A stretch of 64,000 nt of DNA, from positions 1 through 64,000 of IMG/VR virus record IMGVR_UViG_3300027708_000012, one strand, 5' to 3'. Both the position numbers and the translations under genes were made by a program. The notes under the pieces were generated by a model. It was not told the origin of the DNA. It did not search any database and saw only the letters and a program-made list of their open reading frames with translations. Below, one piece after another: positions 45,112 to 55,700 of this stretch (position 1 is the stretch's first letter; every line of letters starts with the position of its first letter).

Positions 45112-48100
45112 TTACGCTTGAGCTTCACCCCAACGTAGAACCAAGTTCTGGTTAATTGGTGATCCTTGTGTAATGTAAGCATTAACAAACAAGATATCAC
45201 AACCGTTTGGATAACAACCACGTCCGCCGATCGGAGTGTTAGTCAATTCCTTGAATGATGTTAAATCCAATGAGTCTTTGTTAGCTGGTGAGTTAATGTA
45301 CGAGAATACAGTTTCGCCTGGTAATGCGTATGTTCCGCGAGTAAGTTGAACCGTACCATTTTGAATAGCAGCATATGTTGGCTGATTTGTTACTATTCCG
45401 GTAAGTGTACCGGTTGTGCTTTGACTAGCAAATGTTGTTGCTACGTTAACTGCATATGTACCAATGTTACCTAATGCATTACCTGTAAATGTTGATGTTA
45501 GCTGAATAGTAATGTATTGGTTTACACCAGCATTACCACCGCTCAATATCATACCTGAAGTGATAATTCCGCTTGCTACTGCATTAACAGTTAATGTGTA
45601 CAATGTACCAGTTGCTGCAACTGATTGAATTGTTTGCGCACTACTAACTTGCCAAGTTGAGTTAACACTTGTTCCTGTACCTGATATGTTAGAAACAATA
45701 TAACTACCAGCGTTAATACCTGTGCCTGATAAAATCATACCTGGAACAATTGTTCCTGAACCCGGTGCAACTGTAACTGTCATTATGCCACCAACAATAG
45801 AAGCTGTAAATGTTACACCGCTTCCAGCTGTTATTGCTCCAGTAAATGTTGCTGTACTGTTGTTAAAACTGGCAATTTTTGTTAATCCGTATAAGCTACC
45901 GGTATTGTTAGTAAAGAAGATGTCGTCACTAACTTGTGCTCCTGCGCTACTTGCATTTGCAGTTAATGGTATTAAAGTTGCACCAGCTTGAATAGCAACC
46001 GGTACTGATAAAATTGTAGTATTACTATTGGCAAACACCATACTTGATCCCGGAGCAACTTGACTGAAACTTGGTTGGCCAGTTGGGTTAGCTAGACTAC
46101 TCAAACTGTTAAATGTAATGTTGGTTAATGCTGGCATATTACTAGGATTAATAATACCTTCAATAACTAGTGCAGCATTGGTGCCGCCTGCTCCTGAACT
46201 TGATTCAAGAGCATTAAGCAAGAAACTCGCACGATTAATAAGTTCACGGCCGCCCAAGTCGCCAGTTAGTGCGTTTGATACACTAGGTGCTAGACGCACA
46301 GCAAACGCTGTTGTCTTTTTAGAACTAATAAAAACGTTGGTAACCTGATAGTTAAAAATGTATGAACGATCTGAGTCAAAACCGCCGTCTTCAATAAATG
46401 CCGCACCCCAATGACTTACAATGGGGCTAGCCGAACCGTTAACTAGCAACACTCCGGTTGTTACAGTATGTGTTGCAGCAGCACCGGCCGTGAACGTTCT
46501 ATATCCACCAGTAGCCCATGGGGTAATTGTTGTACCTCTACTTAGTCCAGTAAATGCAGCTGTAGTCATGCTACCAGCAGTAACTGTAGCAGCTACTTGT
46601 GTCATCACAGTTGCAAGATTACTTTGTGTAGACAATTGAATTAGACCGTTTGCTCCAGATTGAAGAATTTGATATATCCAATATGTTGTTCCAGATAGAA
46701 TATTTCCTAGTGGAGATCCATTACTGATATTTGTAAACACTATCTGTTGCCCAACCGCCATGTTTGTTGTATTGCTAACGGTAACTGTGTTTGAATAACT
46801 TCCGTTAGTTGCTGCTGAAGCTGTTGCGTATGCATTTACTTTTGTAGTATATGTTATAAATTCGTTATCAATATACAATGTTATTGGATATCCCGATGCA
46901 GGTGTTGGGAAGAATGTGTTATCTAATACACTAATAACAGGATCAGATACGCCAACTGAGCTTGTTCCAACTATCTGGCTTCTAGCACTTTCATTTAGAA
47001 CTTCGTAACGCACTGGCAAGTTACCAGAGCGCATCCACGCTTCATTGTTCACGTTGTTATTACGCAAACGATGCACTGTGATGTACTTGCCCTCAGGACC
47101 ACGTAGCATCCAATCAATAAATCCAGCGCCATACCATGTCCATTGTACCGCAACCATCTGCATCTTAATGGGAATTATTCGATATCCACTAGGATTAAAT
47201 GCATCATTTGATCCATCGCAACGATCTACATTCCATTTACTCTGCGGGACTGAGTAATCAATTGTTTTAGCTGCTTTAATACCGCTGATTGATGCATATC
47301 CACGATATTGCGGATTAACATACATTAGTGTGTCATTACTAACTTGCGTTACAATGTGACTCATACCGCGTATAACTATGCGATCGCCTGCTGCCAGTTG
47401 TGTAGTAAATCGTGTGTTAATACCAACAATTTGTCCAGAACCTACAACTACGTTAATTGTACCTGCCAATTGAAATGTTGAACTGCGTTTAACAGCAGAT
47501 ATAATTTGGCCGTCGTATTGGAAAAATACACCGTTTTGTTCATCGTACGTTCCGCTACGTACACTTGCTCCATACCAGTTACTTAAACTTAAAAAGCAAG
47601 GATCTGAAATTGCAGCAGATCCAGCTGCGCCCAATGTTTGATTTGCAACAACTGTAAGTGTACGCTCATCAATAATGTTACCAACAGTATATGTTCCGTT
47701 GTATCCAGATGTTATAACTCCAGTTAGTGTAATAGTTGCACCTACTTGAGCACCGTGATCAACGTCATCTGTTGTAATAGTAATTGTTGCACCAATATTT
47801 GTGCTGGATGCTACTACAGATCTTACATCGTAATTTGGAGCCATTAACAAGCCAGTATTAAAGTTAATTGATTTACCAGATTGATAACGAATATACTTTT
47901 TACTCATACGTATTGCTTGAGCACCATGACTTGGTAAACTTGTACCTAAACTTACTCCACCGTCAAACGGTCTATGAGAATAAAAGCTGTCACTTCTTGC
48001 ATATAACGCTGCTACAATAGGTGTGCCTGTTTGTATAAATCCAGGACTACGTGCAGTGTAAGTCATCTGATTAGCAATAACTTGGCCAGCTACTGTATTT

Positions 48101-50052
48101 GTACTTACGCTTTCTACAAAGTACGGACCAGCCACAAACAAATGGTTATTTGTTCCCGTGTCTGAAGTTACGTAAGTTAGTAGTGTACTTCCTGGAAGTA
48201 ATCCGTGGGGCGCATTGCCCGTGTTAACAGTGACTACGCAGAATCCATTTGTACTAATAAAAGTTGCGGTAGATCCAATACTACTAGTGGTGTTAAGCTG
48301 ATATGTTCCAGTTTGTCCTGTAGTACCTGTAAGCTGACTTACAATTGATGTTAAACTTGGCACTGTATTATTTGCACTTAGTGCAATGCCCTGCCCTGGT
48401 GCTAAAGTACCACTTTGAACTTGTGTAACTGTTAGTACTGTTCCAGTAATAGAAGCGGTAAAGCTACAACTTGTAACCGGGGTGCTGACTGTATAAGTTG
48501 GGTTGCTGATTGCAACTCCAAACAAGTAACCAGTATTTGTACCTGCGGTTAATGGAATTGCACTGCCCACAGCTGCAGTCATAGACCCTGTTGCGGTTGT
48601 TTGAATCATCACAGAAAGAGTTGCTGAGGTGCTTAAAATAGCATTTCTACTATCAATGATCTGATACACATAATATGTGGTTGCTTGTAAGTTACCAAAT
48701 GTACTACCAGAAAGAGCAACAGCTTCACCTACAGTCATGTTATTAGTTGTGGTAAAGGTCACTGAATTATTAATAGCGTTTGTTGCGGTAACTGTAGCGT
48801 TATAATTAATATTATTACTCAATGTTAGTGTGGTACCACTAGGTATACTGGCAATATAATATTGTGTTCCTGCAACCAAGCCACCAAAACTTGCGCCACC
48901 AGTAACATACATATTGCCGCCCGTTGTTGTAGTTAATACTGGATTAGTTGAGCCGCTTGAAACTGTCACAACTGTAATTGTTTTTGTATCAATGATACTT
49001 TGTACGTAGTAAGTACTACCAGTAGTCAATCCACCAAAACTAGTTCCCGAGAACAGTAATGGCATGTTAGCATACATACCTATGGTAGATCCCACCGTGA
49101 TATAATTAGTTGAATTATTAGTTGCAACAGCGTTGGTAATAATTTGATTAACAGTGAATGGTGATCCCACTGACATACCAGTTGTGCTTGTTACCGTTAC
49201 TACGTTGCCAGTACCGTTAGTTCCAGTAACTGTACAATTAATAACTGCATTAATAGCAGATCCTGAATAGTAACCGCCTGCACGTAATTGAATGAATGGA
49301 GTATAGATACTATCGCCGTTACTAAAACCTACTTTACCTTTGGCAATAAAAGTAAATTGTGTTGAGTTTACAACTGTGTATACAAAGAAAGATCCCTCAG
49401 CACGGTCGAAACCTGTAATAGCTGGATTAAATCCTTTGATAGTAATTGGCTGTCCTGCAATATAATTATGCGCAGAAGCTGTGGTAATTGTGATAATACT
49501 TTCTGCTGTGGAAGAGCCGCCAGATTGTGTGCTGGCATCTGAAGTTGCAGCTGAAACAGTTATGTCAGTGCCTGGAATTTCATAAATGCTAGGTATACCA
49601 CGTTGTTGACTAACAGTCAACCATTTGGTTGGTTGCATACCATATTCAAAGTCAGCATCAAGTAAACTTTGCGGAGCCGCTACACGCATACGCTCAAACG
49701 CATCTGTACCAATTTCTGGACTTCTTACATATTGAAATGGACTTTCGTAAAAAATCTGTATTGCATCACTGCTGATAATACTATTAGTTGAAATACTAGT
49801 TATTGTGGCAGCATTTAACTGGATAATAGTATTACCGTCGGTATTGTCCAATGCTGTTATAAAATTTGTGTCGTTTGCACGGACGAATGATACAGAAGTT
49901 CCTAAATAGGAAGGATCTGCAAAATTATAAAGTATAACGTTCTTAGTAGTATCGGTAATAACTAATAATTGTTGTAAATCTATCTTACCAGGTACTTCAA
50001 TTTGCCCTAGTGCTGCATTAAAAACGTACTGTCTAAGTTGACTCTTTGCCAT
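45112..50052 (-). CDS. large baseplate/fibre-type structural protein (1646 aa)
   Basis: Thr/Gly/Ser-rich repeated beta modules (T...H....G..ITI.G); late boxes upstream. Confidence 0.8.
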   Translation of the reverse strand: MAKSQLRQYVFNAALGQIEVPGKIDLQQLLVITDTTKNVILYNFADPSYLGTSVSFVRANDTNFITALDNTDGNTIIQLNAATITSISTNSIISSDAIQIFYESPFQYVRSPEIGTDAFERMRVAAPQSLLDADFEYGMQPTKWLTVSQQRGIPSIYEIPGTDITVSAATSDASTQSGGSSTAESIITITTASAHNYIAGQPITIKGFNPAITGFDRAEGSFFVYTVVNSTQFTFIAKGKVGFSNGDSIYTPFIQLRAGGYYSGSAINAVINCTVTGTNGTGNVVTVTSTTGMSVGSPFTVNQIITNAVATNNSTNYITVGSTIGMYANMPLLFSGTSFGGLTTGSTYYVQSIIDTKTITVVTVSSGSTNPVLTTTTGGNMYVTGGASFGGLVAGTQYYIASIPSGTTLTLSNNINYNATVTATNAINNSVTFTTTNNMTVGEAVALSGSTFGNLQATTYYVYQIIDSRNAILSTSATLSVMIQTTATGSMTAAVGSAIPLTAGTNTGYLFGVAISNPTYTVSTPVTSCSFTASITGTVLTVTQVQSGTLAPGQGIALSANNTVPSLTSIVSQLTGTTGQTGTYQLNTTSSIGSTATFISTNGFCVVTVNTGNAPHGLLPGSTLLTYVTSDTGTNNHLFVAGPYFVESVSTNTVAGQVIANQMTYTARSPGFIQTGTPIVAALYARSDSFYSHRPFDGGVSLGTSLPSHGAQAIRMSKKYIRYQSGKSINFNTGLLMAPNYDVRSVVASSTNIGATITITTDDVDHGAQVGATITLTGVITSGYNGTYTVGNIIDERTLTVVANQTLGAAGSAAISDPCFLSLSNWYGASVRSGTYDEQNGVFFQYDGQIISAVKRSSTFQLAGTINVVVGSGQIVGINTRFTTQLAAGDRIVIRGMSHIVTQVSNDTLMYVNPQYRGYASISGIKAAKTIDYSVPQSKWNVDRCDGSNDAFNPSGYRIIPIKMQMVAVQWTWYGAGFIDWMLRGPEGKYITVHRLRNNNVNNEAWMRSGNLPVRYEVLNESARSQIVGTSSVGVSDPVISVLDNTFFPTPASGYPITLYIDNEFITYTTKVNAYATASAATNGSYSNTVTVSNTTNMAVGQQIVFTNISNGSPLGNILSGTTYWIYQILQSGANGLIQLSTQSNLATVMTQVAATVTAGSMTTAAFTGLSRGTTITPWATGGYRTFTAGAAATHTVTTGVLLVNGSASPIVSHWGAAFIEDGGFDSDRSYIFNYQVTNVFISSKKTTAFAVRLAPSVSNALTGDLGGRELINRASFLLNALESSSGAGGTNAALVIEGIINPSNMPALTNITFNSLSSLANPTGQPSFSQVAPGSSMVFANSNTTILSVPVAIQAGATLIPLTANASSAGAQVSDDIFFTNNTGSLYGLTKIASFNNSTATFTGAITAGSGVTFTASIVGGIMTVTVAPGSGTIVPGMILSGTGINAGSYIVSNISGTGTSVNSTWQVSSAQTIQSVAATGTLYTLTVNAVASGIITSGMILSGGNAGVNQYITIQLTSTFTGNALGNIGTYAVNVATTFASQSTTGTLTGIVTNQPTYAAIQNGTVQLTRGTYALPGETVFSYINSPANKDSLDLTSFKELTNTPIGGRGCYPNGCDILFVNAYITQGSPINQNLVLRWGEAQA

Positions 50053-50182
50053 TTCATTCTCCGTGGTTCTATATTTATGCTTATATTAACGTCACTGTAC
50101 ATGTAATGATATGTGAAGTTAGCACAAGACTGCCCAGTATATTATCTATAGTGTATTTATGACGCTTGTGTATACGACTTAG

Positions 50183-51418
50183 TTAACGGACACCAGTGGT
50201 TTTTCTTGGGTAAGTTTGTCCTGTTACTGGGCGAAATCCGTAATTTTGTTTAGGAAATGTAGAACCAGTATGTATTGATTTATAAATGCTAGTTCCGTTA
50301 GGTGGTCCTAAGCCGGTTACAGCATCCCAGCCAACAGTTCCTGCGTATCCACTATTAATTACGGTATTATTTGTTCCTACAGTTATATCATAAAAAGCAC
50401 TGGTATTACCATATGCTATAGTATTCCAGTCAGCACTAGTTCGTCGAACTCCGGTGAGTTGTTGAAATCTAGCAAGCATACCTGCCATAGTTGGGCTTGA
50501 TAAACTAGTACCGCCATAGCCAGAAATTGATCCGTTATAATATAAAGCGTAAGCGTTCATAGGAGCTGAAAAATCAGGAGCACCTCGATTAGACAATGCT
50601 GTAGGACTACCTGTTACTCCGCTAGTAATAGGAGTATAGAATAAACCAGATTGCCAACTAGGTAATGAAAATACTGTACTTACGCCACCGCCACCGCCCC
50701 ATGTACTACCAAACGCACTGTCTCTATTATCATCGGTTTCTGTTAAACGTCCATTGCTACCATTTAGAGTAAGTTTAGTACCACCGACAGATATAACATT
50801 AGGGCTAGATGCTGGATAGCACAATCCAATAGTGCTACCAGTTGTTCCTACCACTGAACCCCAGTCACCCGACGCTGCAAGTACTGTTATTCCAGCATTA
50901 GTTGCATTGGTAAAATATTGTTCGTCCGATGTGTATTCATTAGTAGCCCAACTAATTGTAATAATGTGCATACCATCAGCAATTGCTTGTGTTAGCATAC
51001 TTTGGTATGTACTACCTATGTAGATAGTAATGCTAGCTTGCGGAGCCATAGTGGCCGCACAAAAAATATCTACAGTATTTTCTCCGCTTGCGCCATCGTG
51101 GAATGTATTTCCTCTTGAAAAAACACCAGTCTGACCGTCTAGTAATACTTGTGTAACTGTTGGTACTGCGTATGCTGAAGATAGTAGACCGGCTGATTGT
51201 AAGTCTGCCCATGATTTATTAAGATCAGATTGTAAAAATCCACCGCCAAAGCTGAGAATTCCGATCTTTACACCAAACCCAGAAGAACTAGGAATATTGT
51301 ATGCTATTGCAATTTGAGGAGGAGTAAGTCGGCCAGCAACTGGTAACGCAGATGGTGCTTGCCCTGTTGCGGGATCAATTAAATCTACTTCAAATAAATG
51401 TGCTGATTGAGCTTCCAT
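50183..51418 (-). CDS. S53 (sedolisin/kumamolisin-like) peptidase without propeptide
   Basis: E-x3-D (GENTVD), SGDWGS, YPASSPNVISVGGT, GGTSLSSP, GWDAVTGLG. Confidence 0.9.
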   Translation of the reverse strand: MEAQSAHLFEVDLIDPATGQAPSALPVAGRLTPPQIAIAYNIPSSSGFGVKIGILSFGGGFLQSDLNKSWADLQSAGLLSSAYAVPTVTQVLLDGQTGVFSRGNTFHDGASGENTVDIFCAATMAPQASITIYIGSTYQSMLTQAIADGMHIITISWATNEYTSDEQYFTNATNAGITVLAASGDWGSVVGTTGSTIGLCYPASSPNVISVGGTKLTLNGSNGRLTETDDNRDSAFGSTWGGGGGVSTVFSLPSWQSGLFYTPITSGVTGSPTALSNRGAPDFSAPMNAYALYYNGSISGYGGTSLSSPTMAGMLARFQQLTGVRRTSADWNTIAYGNTSAFYDITVGTNNTVINSGYAGTVGWDAVTGLGPPNGTSIYKSIHTGSTFPKQNYGFRPVTGQTYPRKTTGVR

Positions 51419-51453
51419 ATTAATTGCTTACCTAATGTTGATCAGCCAATATT

Positions 51454-52743
51454 TTAAGATTCTGTTTGTAATATAGTAAGTGTTACAGTTATAACTGAAG
51501 CAGATGCTCCGTTATTATAAATTTTAAGAGGAATACTAGTTGTAGGTGTTGCTTCACTACTATATCCCACAATTGCTGGACTAAAATATTGTGTAGTTCC
51601 TGTTGTTGAAATCATTTCTGCAATGACTCCTGAACCAGGAGTTGGATCAGTAGTAATAGCTCTGGATGCATCTGAAGTTCTTGCTGCGGTACTAGAATAA
51701 ACAGTAACCCAGGCACCATATGAAGTTTGAATACTATACAACATATAGCCTTTATAGCCAGTTATGGTATAGTTGGCACTAGATCCTGCCGCAATACTAC
51801 TAGTTGTGACTGATACAGATGTTCTACTAGCAGCAACAACCGTTACAGTTTGCGTTACCCAACTTAAAGATCCAGAACCGTTAGTAGTTAATACTTGCCC
51901 AGCTGTTCCTCCAGTTATTGATAAATTTCCAACAGGACCTAAATTAGTGGATCCAGTAAACGTGGTTTGACTATTAAATGTTACTGCATTACCAAATGAT
52001 AAAGCACCGCTAAAAGTTGCTCCGGCACTGAATGTAATAGCAGAACTAAAAATTGCACTTGAATTAAAAGTTACTGAAGAACTAAATGTAGTTGACCCGC
52101 TTACAGTTCCGCCAGTGAACAGTGGAATAACAGGTGGAGTAAATGTAAAAACACCAGATAAGTTATTATAAGATAAACCACCGCTTCCGCTTGCGGTTGC
52201 TGTAGACACACTAAGAGCTGTTAGCTGAATTCCCGACACCGCATTGCCAACTAAGTCTGCAGAAGGTATCCATTTTCCTTGAGATGTACTATATTTTAAT
52301 ACTTGACCGTCTGAAGGGCTTGTAATATTAACATCGGTCAATCCTGATAATGTAGTTGAACCGTTAATTGTAGTGCCGCCGCCGCCGCTTACTGTTGCCC
52401 AACTTAAAACACCATTCCCGTCAGTAGTTAATACTTGACCAGCGGTTCCTCCGGCAATCGTAACATTACTAATCAATCCTAAATTAGTTGTTCCTGTGTT
52501 CGATAACGGGCCAGAAATTGTCAATCCAGTTAGTGTTCCAAGTATATTAACAACACTAGAACCCAGTGTGGTCTGAGATAGTAAAGTTTGTCCAGCTGTG
52601 GTTATTTTTGCTCCGGATACTAGTTCAATCCTATTACCAGCCACTGTTAAGGTTTGCGTAATAAGATTTCCCGAAACGTCTACTAAAAAATACGGACTAG
52701 TAAATCCAGAGTCTGATCTAAATAATTTTGAAATAACAGTCAT
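51454..52743 (-). CDS. tail fibre-like protein
   Basis: GGTAGQVLTT.G.G.LSW repeats; LSGLTDV; GQVLKY. Confidence 0.75.
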   Translation of the reverse strand: MTVISKLFRSDSGFTSPYFLVDVSGNLITQTLTVAGNRIELVSGAKITTAGQTLLSQTTLGSSVVNILGTLTGLTISGPLSNTGTTNLGLISNVTIAGGTAGQVLTTDGNGVLSWATVSGGGGTTINGSTTLSGLTDVNITSPSDGQVLKYSTSQGKWIPSADLVGNAVSGIQLTALSVSTATASGSGGLSYNNLSGVFTFTPPVIPLFTGGTVSGSTTFSSSVTFNSSAIFSSAITFSAGATFSGALSFGNAVTFNSQTTFTGSTNLGPVGNLSITGGTAGQVLTTNGSGSLSWVTQTVTVVAASRTSVSVTTSSIAAGSSANYTITGYKGYMLYSIQTSYGAWVTVYSSTAARTSDASRAITTDPTPGSGVIAEMISTTGTTQYFSPAIVGYSSEATPTTSIPLKIYNNGASASVITVTLTILQTES

Positions 52744-52758
52744 AGGTATACGATGCCT

Positions 52759-53442
52759 TTAAGCCAGGGCTACTGCAAATGCGGCTGCAATTTTTGTAGC
52801 ATATTGCACAGTTACTGCACTTGAATTACCTGCTGGTGCTGAAGACATCGACACTGAAGTAAATGTGCCGGGCGCAGGAGTGGTGCCACCAATTGCCACG
52901 TTGTTCATAGTCCCAGTAGCTGCACTTGTTATACTGATCACTCCGCTACCTGTTGTTGATAAACTGATATTATTTGCACCTGCTGCAAGTGTTACTTGGC
53001 CGCTTGTTGCTGACAAACTAGTAAACGCTCCGGACGCCGGGGTTGTTCCACCGATTGACATATTATTAATTGAACCGGTTGTTCCTGGATTAATAGTCAC
53101 CGATCCTGATCCGGTTGGAGAAATTGTAACACTGGCATTGGCTGGGCTAATTGAAACTGTAGAAGTTGCAGTTAATGTAGTAAAATTGCCAGGCTTTGGA
53201 GTTGATGCGCCAATAGTTACGTTATCTAATGTTCCAGCAACTGCTGGATTGATAAACACTGAGTTAGTAACCACAAGATTTGGTGTTGAAAAGTTGCTTT
53301 GTGACCCAATTGTCAGTGTATTAGTCAGCGGATTTGTTGAAATTGTAATACCGTTATTACCAACAACAGTTAATGTGTTGTTGGTAGCATTTAAGCTAAT
53401 TTGCGATTGGCTGGGCGAAGCAATGTATGTATATCCGTTCAT
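52759..53442 (-). CDS. fibre-associated structural protein
   Basis: G..NN..IGGTTP..G.FT repeats. Confidence 0.75.
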   Translation of the reverse strand: MNGYTYIASPSQSQISLNATNNTLTVVGNNGITISTNPLTNTLTIGSQSNFSTPNLVVTNSVFINPAVAGTLDNVTIGASTPKPGNFTTLTATSTVSISPANASVTISPTGSGSVTINPGTTGSINNMSIGGTTPASGAFTSLSATSGQVTLAAGANNISLSTTGSGVISITSAATGTMNNVAIGGTTPAPGTFTSVSMSSAPAGNSSAVTVQYATKIAAAFAVALA

Positions 53443-54632
53443 GCTGCTATTACTCCAAGTAATAATTTTGTTAAGTTACCTACTGTTATAAGACTAGTAG
53501 GAGTTGTTCCGGGATTGGTAATTTGTAAAGTAGTAAATGCACCACTTCTAGGTGTTGAGTTGCCTACTGTTATATTATTCATAGATCCGCGTGTACCAGA
53601 AGATGCACTAAATGTTGAACTACCAGTGGTTGATATTGTAAAATTTTGATTAGTCGAAACTAAACTTGTTGCATTGTTGGATGACAATGCGGTAAATGCC
53701 GCTGATTTTGCAGAGTTGGCACCTATTGTCATACTATTAATCGATCCTGTTGCACCGGATGACATTACCACAGCGCCTGTTCCTGTTGGAGATATTGTAA
53801 TCAACTGATTAACGCCAGTAGCAATTACAGTGCTGGATGACAGCGACGTAAACGTAGCTGGTTTTGCAACTAGAGATCCAATTGTGGTATTATCAATACT
53901 GGATGTACTAACAGCCGTTATGTTTATAGAATTATTAACAGTCAAGTTAGGAATGTTGCCCAACGTGGTAAATGTTATAGTATTTGTACTAGTATTAGTT
54001 GTAATACCAATACTGGTATCGGTATTTACAAAATTAATAGTGTCTAATATAAAACCTGCTGACAGGATTGCTTGCCCTGGTACTATTACTTGTGCAATAT
54101 TACTGAGAAATACACGGCCATAACTGTCAAGAGTTACACCAGGTAATGCGCTGCCAGTCCAATTAAGCCCAGTGCCTATTTGGCCTCCGGTACTGTCTGT
54201 TTCACCTGTGGTAGAATGTATTTCTAAGTTATTAACCCGCTGACTGTATGTTGCGTTTAGTACAAGATTGACACCTAATAATGGTGTAGTGCCGTTGGCA
54301 GCATAATACGGGCTTGCTATCAAATTCACTACTGAATTAGTAACTGTTGCAGTATATTGAACTAGATCTCTTCCTAAATTTGTGCGACCGTATACAGTTA
54401 TTGACGCTTGATCGTCCCTTGCAGATAGTAATATTTCTACATGTTCTATATCATCTTTACCGTATTCTACTGCTATTTTATAACTTGCACTTTTAAAGTC
54501 TTGGAGATACCAACTATCTATTACAGTATTTGGTGCAATAGAGAACATCTTTCCTTGGAAGGAAAATCCGGTCCTGTCTCTAAATTTTAGAGTATTACCC
54601 AGGCCTTTTATAAAATAATCAGTAAAATTCAT
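53439..54632 (-). CDS. fibre-associated structural protein
   Basis: The same I.N.TIG..TP..G.FT repeats; late box. Confidence 0.75.
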   Translation of the reverse strand: MNFTDYFIKGLGNTLKFRDRTGFSFQGKMFSIAPNTVIDSWYLQDFKSASYKIAVEYGKDDIEHVEILLSARDDQASITVYGRTNLGRDLVQYTATVTNSVVNLIASPYYAANGTTPLLGVNLVLNATYSQRVNNLEIHSTTGETDSTGGQIGTGLNWTGSALPGVTLDSYGRVFLSNIAQVIVPGQAILSAGFILDTINFVNTDTSIGITTNTSTNTITFTTLGNIPNLTVNNSINITAVSTSSIDNTTIGSLVAKPATFTSLSSSTVIATGVNQLITISPTGTGAVVMSSGATGSINSMTIGANSAKSAAFTALSSNNATSLVSTNQNFTISTTGSSTFSASSGTRGSMNNITVGNSTPRSGAFTTLQITNPGTTPTSLITVGNLTKLLLGVIAA

Positions 54633-54747
54633 GTCTGCTCGCTATGATCATATATTTATTCAATCTGGACCTTGTTTGCATCCAGTCAAAACACTAGCAT
54701 ACTAGTGTAAAATATGCTAAATTAACACACTATATCAAGGAACAAGT

Positions 54748-55137
54748 ATGAGCAGACAAGAAGGCATGGTTACTAAAGGTTGGGGGTATGAGCTTATTTG
54801 GGCTACTAACGATCATTATTGCGGCAAAATAATGGTTTTTACAGATGCAGGGTCAAAATTTAGTATGCATTTTCACAAAGAAAAAACTGAAACTTGGTTT
54901 GTAAATTCAGGTAAATTTATTCTAAGATACATAGATACAACAAATGGTGCTTTAATTGAGCGCAATCTTGATCAAGGAGATGTGTGGCACAATAATCCTT
55001 TGCAACCACACCAATTAGAAGCACTATTGCCCGGGAGTACAATTCTAGAAGTTAGTACAGCAGATTCTGTAGAAGACAATTATAGAATTGTGCCCGGCGA
55101 TAGTCAGCTTACGCCCGAGTTGAAAAATCAAAGTTAA
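54748..55137 (+). CDS. cupin-domain protein (mannose-6-phosphate isomerase-like)
   Basis: KGWGYE, SMHFH..K.ETW, PHQL, EVST. Confidence 0.85.
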   Translation: MSRQEGMVTKGWGYELIWATNDHYCGKIMVFTDAGSKFSMHFHKEKTETWFVNSGKFILRYIDTTNGALIERNLDQGDVWHNNPLQPHQLEALLPGSTILEVSTADSVEDNYRIVPGDSQLTPELKNQS

Positions 55138-55690
55138 TAACTATTCTATAATCTTCTTCAGTCGGTGAAGAATCTGAATAATACTGAGCTCCGTCAAAAC
55201 AGACAAACCTGTTGGCTTTTGCTTCTACTTCTTTAGCTACTGTAGAGATACCGTTATATTTTTCCTTAAAACATCCATGACTAGCATCTTTAAAATCTTT
55301 GTATTTAGAAATATCTGTGTGAAAATCGTAAGTTTCGTTGAAGATTTTGGTAGATGCGGTCGAGTCTGTTAGATACAATATTGCCGATGTATGTGGAAAC
55401 GGAATATTGATAGTTGGATTATCTACATAAGGTTTATCAGTTTTAGTTTGCATAGTAACCTGTATCCTAAAAATCTCATCAACTTGCGCTCCGGTCTGTT
55501 CAACAGCTGCAAACAATAATGGTTCCAATGTACTGGCAAAGGGTGTATATTTTTGGCCGTTGTCTAAAGGTACATTTGTGAAAATAGCAGGTTTATTTTT
55601 ATTAAAGTTCCACGGAAATGAATGAAATTCCACAATGTCAGTAACCAGTTTAAACACCGATGATGAAAGTAAATTATCAATTATAATCAT
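55109..55690 (-). CDS. 2OG-Fe(II) oxygenase-fold protein lacking metal ligands
   Basis: Aligns with 17963-18490, but HNPHID becomes DNPTIN and KHASSSP becomes YYSDSSP. Confidence 0.7.
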   Translation of the reverse strand: MIIIDNLLSSSVFKLVTDIVEFHSFPWNFNKNKPAIFTNVPLDNGQKYTPFASTLEPLLFAAVEQTGAQVDEIFRIQVTMQTKTDKPYVDNPTINIPFPHTSAILYLTDSTASTKIFNETYDFHTDISKYKDFKDASHGCFKEKYNGISTVAKEVEAKANRFVCFDGAQYYSDSSPTEEDYRIVINFDFSTRA

Positions 55691-55700
55691 GTTATATCCT

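Larger units (their letters stand above)
8855..54659. promoter_or_regulatory. T4-late-like promoter boxes NTAAATA upstream of virion genes (dispersed set)
   Basis: + strand: 8855, 9931, 39282, 41624. - strand (read as TATTTAN on +): 9919, 16151, 25420, 28874, 30484, 32298, 34777, 39222, 41611, 50072, 50154, 54653. Most lie within about 40 nt of a start codon. Confidence 0.75.
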
